Source: Akkermansia muciniphila
Lineage (GTDB): Bacteria > Verrucomicrobiota > Verrucomicrobiia > Limisphaerales > UBA9464
Direction of reading: 5' to 3'
DNA length: 48,584 nt
Assembly (NCBI GenBank): GCA_945860685.1
Contig: CAMASJ010000002.1
Span: 1 to 48,584 of the forward strand
Made by a program: the position numbers and the translations under genes. Position 1 is the first letter of the stretch. Every line of letters starts with the position of its first letter. Positions 1 through 7,048 of the stretch are shown piece by piece. The notes below the pieces were generated by a model. That model did not search any database, was not told the origin of the DNA, and saw nothing but the letters and a program-made list of their open reading frames with translations.

Positions 1-268
1 CGGTGGTGCCGCTGACCATGCCCCAGAGCCCCTTGCCGTCGTGCGTCAACGGATGGTCCACTCCGGGAACCTCGACCCGGTTGGTGAGGTTCTCCCGCTC
101 GTGCCAGAACTGGAACTCGCCCGGCTTGTCGCCGGTGTCGGCGCCGATCTCGTAGGTGGTGACGACCACGACCTTGGGCGCGAAGCGCGGTTCCGGTCCT
201 GCGGCGAAGGCGCCGAGGGCGAAGGCGAGTCCACAGAGGGCGAGGCAGCGGCGGATAGGAGAGTTCAT
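1..268 (-). CDS. NUP (purine nucleoside permease, PF06516-like) family secreted protein; N-terminal part only, gene runs off the window start
   Basis: Not in the ORF track because it is open-ended. My own translation of the minus strand from ATG (complement of 266-268) gives MNSPIRRCLALCGLAFALGAFAAGPEPRFAPKVVVVTTYEIGADTGDKPGEFQFWHERENLTNRVEVPGVDHPL... This has a signal peptide and is clearly paralogous to the upstream gene (KVVVISLFEIGEDTGDRPGEYQLWVEREHLTNKIAIPG). The ATG overlaps the upstream stop as ATGA (265-268). Confidence 0.75.
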   Translation of the reverse strand, partial: MNSPIRRCLALCGLAFALGAFAAGPEPRFAPKVVVVTTYEIGADTGDKPGEFQFWHERENLTNRVEVPGVDHPLTHDGKGLWGMVSGTT

Positions 269-1407
269 GGGCGGGATCCGGGGATGGTCTTGGAGTGGCG
301 GTCCCAATGTTCGACGAGTTCGTGGACCACCTTGGAGCCGACCGCGTAGGCGGCCTCGAGGCTCGGGATGTACGCGGAGAACTTGCCGCTGTTCTCCTCG
401 ACGAGGTTCTCCACCGCCGTCTTGCCCGGGGGTTGGAGGTCGAAGTTGCTGGCGGTTCGCAGGACCAGCACGCGGTTGGTGTCCACCAGCCCGCCCTCGC
501 CCAGGAAGGTCAGCGCCTGGAGCGTGCCGCTGTCCTCCATGGCGGTGGTGACGTAGTTGCCCTTGCCGTCGGTCCAGTACCGGGTCCAGTCGTTGGCCCA
601 GCGGTTCATCAGCTTCCCGTGCCAGAAGGTCGAGGCGGCGAGGTTGTCGCCCTTCATGACGAACGGCGAACGCCGCGCGTTGGGATGCTCGGTGTACCGC
701 GAACGGTTCTGGATCATCACCTCGTTCTCCGGAAGCGGGACGTCCTTCGTGAGCCGATAGGCCCAGTCGACCAGGCCCGGGTTGAGTGCGAAGACCACCT
801 CGCCCAACCGGGTCTTCTTCGGTAGGGCATACGGTTCGCCCTGGCTGAGCGGGATGTACCCGGTGGTCCATTCGGGCGGCGCCTCGCGCGGATCGATCTC
901 GTGGGCGAGGTCGCCGTCCACGACGTACTCGGCCCAGGCCGCGCAGCCGAGCGTGCCGTCGGCGGGGTCGATGCCGGCGATGCCGGCGGTGATCCAGTAG
1001 GCCTTGGAGAAGTCGAAGCGCGGATCCCGGCCGAGGGCGGCGATCACCGCGGCGCTGCGGGCGATGCCTCCGCCGGTGCAGACCGCGAGCACGCCGTCGT
1101 CGCGGTAGCGGAGGGGACGGTGCGTGCCGGGGATGGCGATCTTGTTGGTCAGGTGCTCGCGCTCGACCCAGAGCTGGTATTCGCCGGGCCGATCGCCGGT
1201 GTCCTCACCGATCTCGAAGAGGGAGATGACGACCACCTTCACCGGCATCGACACGGAGGCGGTGGGCTTGCCGGCGGACGGCGCGGTGGCGCATCCGGCG
1301 GTGAAGCCGACGGCGGCGACGAGGGCGGTGATCCACGGGACCGGGTTCCATCGGAAGCCCGGAGATGTGGGAACCGGGGAGAAGGGCTGTGAAGAGGTGG
1401 GAGGCAT
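265..1407 (-). CDS. NUP (purine nucleoside permease) family lipoprotein
   Basis: 401-aa ORF 265..1470, trimmed to the internal ATG at 1407 (MPPTSS...WITALVAAVGFTAGC, a lipobox-type signal). NUP-family blocks are present: PGEYQLWVEREHL, AVCTGGGIARSAAVIAALG, ITAGIAGIDP, EDSGTLQAL. The start codon is uncertain (1470 or 1407). Confidence 0.8.
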   Translation of the reverse strand: MPPTSSQPFSPVPTSPGFRWNPVPWITALVAAVGFTAGCATAPSAGKPTASVSMPVKVVVISLFEIGEDTGDRPGEYQLWVEREHLTNKIAIPGTHRPLRYRDDGVLAVCTGGGIARSAAVIAALGRDPRFDFSKAYWITAGIAGIDPADGTLGCAAWAEYVVDGDLAHEIDPREAPPEWTTGYIPLSQGEPYALPKKTRLGEVVFALNPGLVDWAYRLTKDVPLPENEVMIQNRSRYTEHPNARRSPFVMKGDNLAASTFWHGKLMNRWANDWTRYWTDGKGNYVTTAMEDSGTLQALTFLGEGGLVDTNRVLVLRTASNFDLQPPGKTAVENLVEENSGKFSAYIPSLEAAYAVGSKVVHELVEHWDRHSKTIPGSRP

Positions 1408-1455
1408 GCGGGCGGCGGGCTTCGGACGTCGGGTCGACGGGCGGGAGGAAGGTAC

Positions 1456-1492
1456 GAAAAAGGGCGGCAACCATCGGGATGGCTGCCGCCCT
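1456..1492 (-). terminator. Rho-independent terminator downstream of the TonB-dependent receptor gene
   Basis: On the minus strand, GGGCGGCAGCCATC-CC-GATGGTTGCCGCCC is followed by TTTTT (plus-strand A-run 1457-1461). It lies 24 nt after the receptor stop codon (1516-1518). Confidence 0.7.
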
Positions 1493-1515
1493 TGAAGCGG
1501 GTCCGACAGGGCGGC

Positions 1516-3840
1516 TCAGAACTTGTACGTGACGCGTCCCTCGAGGCGGAACGGCAGTTCCGCGATGATGGACTCGTTGCCGTAGACGCCGTTGGGGGCG
1601 CCCCAGTTCTTCTCGTCGGTCACGTTGAGCAGCATCACACGGGCATCCCAGGTCGGGCGCTCGTAGAAGAACGTGACGTCGAGGGTGTACTGGGCGGGGA
1701 TGATGATCGTGCCCACGTTGTTGTTCCAGATGTCGCCGGTCGCCACGATGTTGGCCGTGGCGCCGAAGCCGCAGTCCAGCTTGTAGGTGGTGAGCAGGTT
1801 GAACAAGTGCTGCGGCGCGCCCTGGCGGCGGATGTCTCCCGGAGGCGCGGAGAAGAAGCGGTCGCTCGGAGGCACCAAGGTGGTGTTGCCCACGTCGAAG
1901 CCCGCCGCGCTCGACATCGCGTCGATGTACGAGTAGCCGAGGGTGATGTAGAAGTTCCGGTTCGGCTGGAGGTTCAGCTCGGTCTCGAAGCCGGTGGAGT
2001 CGATCTCGGTCACCTGGCGGGTGATCGAGTTGACGTCCGCGCGCTTCTGGTTGAACACCGCCACGTTGAAGAACGCGTGGTTGTCGAGGAAGCCGTACTT
2101 GGTGCCGACCTCGAACAGCTCCGCCTCGGTGTGGAAGGCGCCGGAGGTGTAGCCCGAGCCGCCCTGGGTGGTGTAGCCGCCGCCATTGCCGACAGCGCCG
2201 GCGGGATTCTGGCTCCAATTGTACGTCGCGTAGCCCGTCAGGGTCGGACGGAACTTGTACACCGCGCTGACGTTCGCGTTGAACATCCCGATCGTGATCG
2301 AGTCGCTCGGCAGCGAATAGAACGGCGGATTCGCCGGGGTGACGTTCGACGGATCGTAGTAGTCCGCGAACACGATGTCCTCACGGACACCGGCGAGGAA
2401 CGACAGCTTGTCGGTCGCCTTCCAGTCGTGCTGCCAGTAGGGCCCGAGTTGCCAGACCTTGCTCACGCCCGAGTCGCCGTTCGACGGGGTGAAGTAGCGG
2501 TTCGGCCATCCCGGCACCGGCCGGGAAGTGAACGCGTTGGGGAAGTAGCTCGCGTTGTAGATGTTGATGAAGTTGCGGTCGCGGGTGATGTCCCACACGC
2601 CGGCCGGCTCGTTGAAGAAGTCGTTGAACGCGCGGACCTGCTGGTAGCGGACCGACGCACCGGTGTTGATCGAGTGCGCATCGCCGGAGTAGCGGGCCTC
2701 GATGCGGTTCTCGAACGACACGCTCGGATCGATGATCTCCGAGTAGTAGTAGGAGGACAGCGTCTCGCGCCGGACGTACCGGAAGAAGGAGTTGTTCACG
2801 AACTCCCAGTCGCCACCCGGCTTCAGCGTCTGGATGACCTGGGCGTTGTAGCTGACGCCCTCGGAGTCATCCCCAGGCCGGAGCAGGCGGACACGGCGGT
2901 CTATGGGGACGAGCGGTCCGGGCTGGATCACGTTCACCACCGGGAAGCCCGAGGTGACGTTCACCGAGTTCTGGGGATCGGAAGGCGGGTTGCCGGCTCC
3001 GTTGTTGATGTTGATGCCGGTCTGATACAGGCCGCTGTCGATCAGGTTCTGCGTCGGGCGGTTGATGCCGAAGTTCTCGGTGTAGTTCGCCCAGAGGAAC
3101 TCGTTGTTGAAGTCGACGGTGTAGTTGTCGGTCGCCAACCAGGTGATGGCCGCGTAGCCGGCCTGGGTGCGGCGGAAGCCGTCGTAGTAGTAGCTGCCGG
3201 ACTGCTCGCCGGAATAGGAGATGCGGTAGGCGAGCTTCTCGTTCACCGGGCCGCCGGCGTCCGCCGTCCAGCGCCGCTGCTCATACATGCCGACCGTCGC
3301 CGACACCTCGCCGTGGAACGAGTCGAAGTAGGGCTTCTTGGTCTGGTAGTCGATGTAGCCGCCGACGTACTGGGAAGGACCGAACACCGCGGAGGCGGGG
3401 CCCTTGACGATGTTCACCGACTCCACCGAGTTGAAGTTCACCGGCATGCCGTTGCCGTTGGACGTCAGGCCGACACGCATGCCGTTCACGAACGTGTCGG
3501 CGATCTGGCCGCGGATGTCGGGCGTGGTCGGCGCACCGAAGTTCGAACGGGTATAGGAACTGGAGGTCAGCTTCGAGAAGTCCCGGACGTCGAAGATGTT
3601 GATCGCGTCCAGCTGCTCGCGGGAAATGATCGTGACGTTGCGGGGGGTGTCGATGATCGACCTGTCGGTGCCATAGACGGAGTTGATCGGGCGGATGGTC
3701 GGGATGACCGATTCCTCGACCGGGACGCCCTCGATGATGGTCTTCTCGAGGGCATTGGTCGTGGTCTGGGCCACGGCGCCATACCGGGACGACAGCGCAA
3801 GCGCTGCCGCGGCGGCGACCTTGAAGTGTTGGGTCTTCAT
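1516..3840 (-). CDS. TonB-dependent outer-membrane receptor
   Basis: 840-aa frame trimmed to the ATG at 3840 (MKTQHFKVAAAAALALS signal). Plug motifs are present (DTPRNVTIISREQL, VNIVKGPASAVFGP), followed by a long Tyr/Asn/Gly-rich barrel. The C-terminal ...RVTYKF aromatic residue is typical of TBDRs. Confidence 0.92.
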   Translation of the reverse strand: MKTQHFKVAAAAALALSSRYGAVAQTTTNALEKTIIEGVPVEESVIPTIRPINSVYGTDRSIIDTPRNVTIISREQLDAINIFDVRDFSKLTSSSYTRSNFGAPTTPDIRGQIADTFVNGMRVGLTSNGNGMPVNFNSVESVNIVKGPASAVFGPSQYVGGYIDYQTKKPYFDSFHGEVSATVGMYEQRRWTADAGGPVNEKLAYRISYSGEQSGSYYYDGFRRTQAGYAAITWLATDNYTVDFNNEFLWANYTENFGINRPTQNLIDSGLYQTGININNGAGNPPSDPQNSVNVTSGFPVVNVIQPGPLVPIDRRVRLLRPGDDSEGVSYNAQVIQTLKPGGDWEFVNNSFFRYVRRETLSSYYYSEIIDPSVSFENRIEARYSGDAHSINTGASVRYQQVRAFNDFFNEPAGVWDITRDRNFINIYNASYFPNAFTSRPVPGWPNRYFTPSNGDSGVSKVWQLGPYWQHDWKATDKLSFLAGVREDIVFADYYDPSNVTPANPPFYSLPSDSITIGMFNANVSAVYKFRPTLTGYATYNWSQNPAGAVGNGGGYTTQGGSGYTSGAFHTEAELFEVGTKYGFLDNHAFFNVAVFNQKRADVNSITRQVTEIDSTGFETELNLQPNRNFYITLGYSYIDAMSSAAGFDVGNTTLVPPSDRFFSAPPGDIRRQGAPQHLFNLLTTYKLDCGFGATANIVATGDIWNNNVGTIIIPAQYTLDVTFFYERPTWDARVMLLNVTDEKNWGAPNGVYGNESIIAELPFRLEGRVTYKF

Positions 3841-4001
3841 TTGTTCAGGGTGATGAAAAGCGGACAGGTCTGTTGGTTCTATTCGCTGCCGACTCCGCTT
3901 GGGCTGCACGATTTCGGCGGTTGAAACCTCCGAAGCAGCGTGGGTGCCACGACTGGCAATCAAGTTGCAACCCGAGCGGCCGGGTTTTATTCCCTGCCTC
4001 C

Positions 4002-5594
4002 ATGCCGACCGCCAAGCGCAAACCTCAGACTTCCGCACGTCGCCCCGCCGCGGCCGTGCCCTTCGCCGAGTTGCTCGCCAAGCTGGGGGATCCCCGGGTC
4101 CATTTCGGGGACGACCGGGCCACGGTGAACGAGCGTCCCCTCCATGGCACCACGCTCTTCCTCGCCTCCTGCTCCGTCGAGACGCGGTTCGGGATGTTCC
4201 AGGCCCATGTCTTCCAGGACATGATCCACAAGGGCTACATCATCGCCCTCGCCCATGGGGACCTGCTCGGCGCCCGGCTCCTCTACACCCGGATCCATTC
4301 CTCGTGCGTCACCAGCGAGACCCTGCGCGGATGCGACTGCGACTGCGTCCAGCAGCTCGAAGGCGCCCTCGAGGTGATCGTGAAGCGGGGCCACGGCATC
4401 CTCTTCTACCTGATGCAGGAGGGACGTGGCGTCGGCTACGTGGCCAAGGCCCGCGACCGCATGGTGGTCCAGGCCAGCCAGGACCAGATCTCCACCTTCC
4501 AGGCCTACGCCGCCATGGGCCTGAGGAAGGACTACCGCGACTACGAGGACGTCATGCACGCCGCGACGCTCCTGGGGCTGAAGAAGGCCAGGTTCGTCCT
4601 GCTGACCAACAACCCGGACAAGACCAACGCCATGAAGGCGCAGGGGTTGCGGGTCGTCCGCGCCGAACCCCTCGAGTTCGAGCCCTCCCCCTTCAACCTC
4701 GCCTACCTCGCCTCCAAGGCGGTCTCCGGGCACGTGCTCGACCGTCCGTCGAAGACCGACGTGAAGTCGATGCAGCCGCCGGAGCCGGTGGAGCCGTTCG
4801 CGCCGCACGCGTTCAACGACGCCCAGCGCTTCGTGTACACGGCGAGCTACTTCCTTCCGGTGAAGCCGGTGAACAGCGAGATCCTCCTCACCGAAGCGCA
4901 GTTCAAGGAGCACAAGGCCGACATCGAGCGGCAGATGTTGGGCACCACTCCGCTGGTGAAGGACTGCTACCTGATCCGGGACAACCGGTTCATCGTGGAG
5001 ATCGACTACGAACGCTTCCTGCGCTTCCGCAAGGAACGGCCGGCCGATCCCCTGGTGCCGCTGATGACCACACCCTACTGGTTCAAGGTCCACGTCTACT
5101 ACGACATCGTCACCAGCCAGGAGTTCGTGGTGCTCACCTACGGCAAGCCGAAGATCTACGACCTGCCGATCATCCGCCTCCAGAGCGAGTCGCTCTTCAA
5201 CCGGTTCCCTCTCACCAACAAGGACAACCGGGACAAGTTCAAGCACTCCGTCCGCGAGATCGTCCACTACGGCGTCGGCGCGATCTGCCTGCTCTACTTC
5301 GACGGACGCGGCGCGGGCTTCGGGGCCCACGCCACCGACCGCATGCTCACCGAGCGTGGGGTCGCGCTGTCGTCGGACGAGGCCTACCGGAAGCTCGGCG
5401 TCAGCTACGACAGCCGCGACTACGACGCCTGTTTCACCCTGCTCAAGCACCACATCCCCAGCGGGAAGGTGCAGATGATCATGAACTCGCCCTCGAGCCT
5501 GGTGAAGAAGACCGAGTACGCCTCGGCCCTGAACCGGCACAAGATCGAGGTCGAGAAGTGGATCTTCCTCGACGAGCACTCGCTGCAGGACTGA
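4002..5594 (+). CDS. tandem GTP cyclohydrolase II (RibA/URC1-like) domain protein; N-terminal domain catalytic-looking, C-terminal domain degenerate
   Basis: First ATG of the frame is at 4002. The N-terminal half has RIHSSC-x10-CDC (Cys102/113/115, the RibA zinc-ligand spacing C-x10-C-x-C), YLMQEGRGVGY and LLTNNPDK. The C-terminal half (about 4920-5594) repeats the fold (LLYFDGRGAGFG, RDYDAC, IMNSPSS), but the Cys triad is replaced (RLQSESLFNRFPLTNKDNRDKF). Confidence 0.8.
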   Translation: MPTAKRKPQTSARRPAAAVPFAELLAKLGDPRVHFGDDRATVNERPLHGTTLFLASCSVETRFGMFQAHVFQDMIHKGYIIALAHGDLLGARLLYTRIHSSCVTSETLRGCDCDCVQQLEGALEVIVKRGHGILFYLMQEGRGVGYVAKARDRMVVQASQDQISTFQAYAAMGLRKDYRDYEDVMHAATLLGLKKARFVLLTNNPDKTNAMKAQGLRVVRAEPLEFEPSPFNLAYLASKAVSGHVLDRPSKTDVKSMQPPEPVEPFAPHAFNDAQRFVYTASYFLPVKPVNSEILLTEAQFKEHKADIERQMLGTTPLVKDCYLIRDNRFIVEIDYERFLRFRKERPADPLVPLMTTPYWFKVHVYYDIVTSQEFVVLTYGKPKIYDLPIIRLQSESLFNRFPLTNKDNRDKFKHSVREIVHYGVGAICLLYFDGRGAGFGAHATDRMLTERGVALSSDEAYRKLGVSYDSRDYDACFTLLKHHIPSGKVQMIMNSPSSLVKKTEYASALNRHKIEVEKWIFLDEHSLQD

Positions 5595-5597
5595 GCG

Positions 5598-5633
5598 GAA
5601 TTCCTGATTCCCGATTCGGGATTCCTGATTTCC
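5598..5633 (+). repeat. tandem heptamer array, (N)GATTCC x5
   Basis: GAATTCC TGATTCC CGATTCG GGATTCC TGATTTCC, read directly, immediately after the stop codon at 5592-5594. Confidence 0.8.
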
Positions 5634-5664
5634 TCCATCGTCTGGGGGTCGCGTTCGTGTCGGC

Positions 5665-5693
5665 GGAGACACGGATTTCGCGGATTCTGCGGA
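5665..5693 (+). repeat. 29-nt dispersed intergenic repeat, copy A (GGAGACACGGATTTCGCGGATTCTGCGGA)
   Basis: 28/29 identical to 6212-6240 and closely related to 14385-14411. All three copies have the same orientation and all are intergenic. Confidence 0.85.
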
Positions 5694-5823
5694 CCGTGGT
5701 GCCTGATCCCCGATCCTGGCTCCTTTGGAAATCCTTCAGAGTGTCCACGGAGACACGGAGGGGGAGGTTCGTCGTACGGTGTTCATCGGAGCCGCGCGGC
5801 GGCGGGTCCGGTGGTCGATGGGT

Positions 5824-6117
5824 TCACCGTTTCGAGAGAACCCACAGGACGATCGCGACGACCAGCAGGCCGCGATAGAGGTAGGTGCCCGGATGGCCGA
5901 GCGGATGGAGGATCGAGACCATCCGATGATGGAAGTCGCACCAACATCCGGTGTACGGCATCGAGCCCGGGAAATGGCGAGTGTGCCCCGGCTTGCCGCA
6001 GGTCTCGCAGAAGCCGCAGTGGCCCCGCGGAACCTTCAGGCCCTCGAGGAAGGCGGGATCCTTCTTCCACAAGCCGCATTGGCAGCCCCGGGGGTTGATG
6101 TCTTCGGAAGGAGTCAC
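5824..6117 (-). CDS. hypothetical small Cys/His-rich protein with a C-terminal transmembrane helix
   Basis: ORF 5824..6228. Third-position GC is very high in this frame. The pattern is CQC-x20-CGFCETC-x19-CWC-x2-HH, then the hydrophobic tail LLVVAIVLWVL. The ORF-track start at 6228 lies inside a dispersed repeat, so I prefer the GTG at 6117. No family recognised. Confidence 0.45.
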   Translation of the reverse strand: MTPSEDINPRGCQCGLWKKDPAFLEGLKVPRGHCGFCETCGKPGHTRHFPGSMPYTGCWCDFHHRMVSILHPLGHPGTYLYRGLLVVAIVLWVLSKR

Positions 6118-6211
6118 GTCAGGAACCGGCCGCCGCCGCAGGGAAGCTACACGGCCCGCTCCCGACGTCAGGCTCGAAGCATTTGCTCCCGACGCCGGCT
6201 GGCTTGGCGAG

Positions 6212-6240
6212 GGAGACACGGATTTCACGGATTCTGCGGA
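6212..6240 (+). repeat. 29-nt dispersed intergenic repeat, copy B (GGAGACACGGATTTCACGGATTCTGCGGA)
   Basis: See copy A. It lies between two minus-strand genes. Confidence 0.85.
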
Positions 6241-6276
6241 GGATTTCTCCCGCGGAGAGGCAGAGGCGCTGAGGGA

Positions 6277-6789
6277 TCAGCGGTTCCCGCGCCCGGTCGG
6301 GGTTGCAGCACCGGTCTTCTCGTTCCTGATCTGTTCGGCCGTCTGTATGGCCTTGACCGTCCGGACCAGGTTCTTGATGGCCCTCTTCCGATCCGTAGAG
6401 AACAGGGAGCGGACCAGGATGACCATGGTTTCTTTCTCGTCGGTGGACAGCGTCACCGCGACGCCGGAACTCTTCCAAATCCGGGTGGGGCCTTCCGGGT
6501 TGGACATCCGGGGAGTCCCAAAGGCCTGGCCGAGAAAAGAGTCGAGACCGGCTGAAGCCGTCGTGGGCGCGTCGATGACGATGCCCATTTCATCGCGTCG
6601 ATATCGCCAGCCGGATTTCGGGAGGGAAGGCGGCAGGGTCACCGCCGCCGGTTGGGCCCCGTACTCGGTCGCCTCCTGCAGGATGAAGGCCCCGAGGTCG
6701 CCGCGACCCCGCCGGGAGCCGTCGGTGGCGCAACCGGATAGGAACAGGGTGAGAGCCACCAGGCCTGTTGACGCGAAGAGTCTCTTCAT
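6277..6789 (-). CDS. hypothetical lipoprotein
   Basis: ATG at 6789. MKRLFASTGLVALTLFLSGC is a classic lipobox (LSGC). No recognisable domain. Confidence 0.65.
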   Translation of the reverse strand: MKRLFASTGLVALTLFLSGCATDGSRRGRGDLGAFILQEATEYGAQPAAVTLPPSLPKSGWRYRRDEMGIVIDAPTTASAGLDSFLGQAFGTPRMSNPEGPTRIWKSSGVAVTLSTDEKETMVILVRSLFSTDRKRAIKNLVRTVKAIQTAEQIRNEKTGAATPTGRGNR

Positions 6790-6900
6790 CGGTTGACGAA
6801 CCTTCCGGCGAATGGAGCCACACCGCCTCGACCCAGTACATCTCCCGAAACCCGACGTCGCTCTGACCTCCCTGCTCTTCGCGCCGATTCCCCTGTTCCG

Positions 6901-6920
6901 AACTGAAAACTAGAAACTCC
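6901..6920 (-). repeat. GGAGTTTC-TAG-TTTTCAGTT word (TTTTCAG family), inverted copy
   Basis: The reverse complement of AACTGAAAACTAGAAACTCC matches the GGAGTTT(T)CA..TTTTCAG motif at 14324-14342 and 19548-19573. Confidence 0.6.
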
Positions 6921-7048
6921 CCTCCCATTCCTCGGCTCCGCCGACCGGGACCGAAAAGGGGTCCTGGTACCCGATTCGAGAACCCAAGGGGGTCCGGACG
7001 GAAGTTTTCCTTGCTGCCCATGCGGAGCGCTTGGGAACGTGCAAGCCC

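Noticed and set aside
3841-4001. Cobalamin-riboswitch-like strings (AGGGAATAAAACCCGG...GCAACTTGA on the minus strand) upstream of the first TBDR.
   Set aside because: The whole divergent intergenic region is only 161 bp and must also hold two promoters. The matches are fragmentary, and the region is too short for a B12 element.
5598-5762. Short direct repeats as a CRISPR array.
   Set aside because: The units are 7 bp (or one 29-nt element) with no unique 30-40 bp spacers, and there are no cas genes in the window.
5725-6796. Plus-strand ORFs 5725..6555 and 5951..6796.
   Set aside because: They run through dispersed repeats and lie opposite a lipoprotein gene with a clear lipobox and a GC3-biased Cys-rich ORF. 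Their composition is shadow-like.
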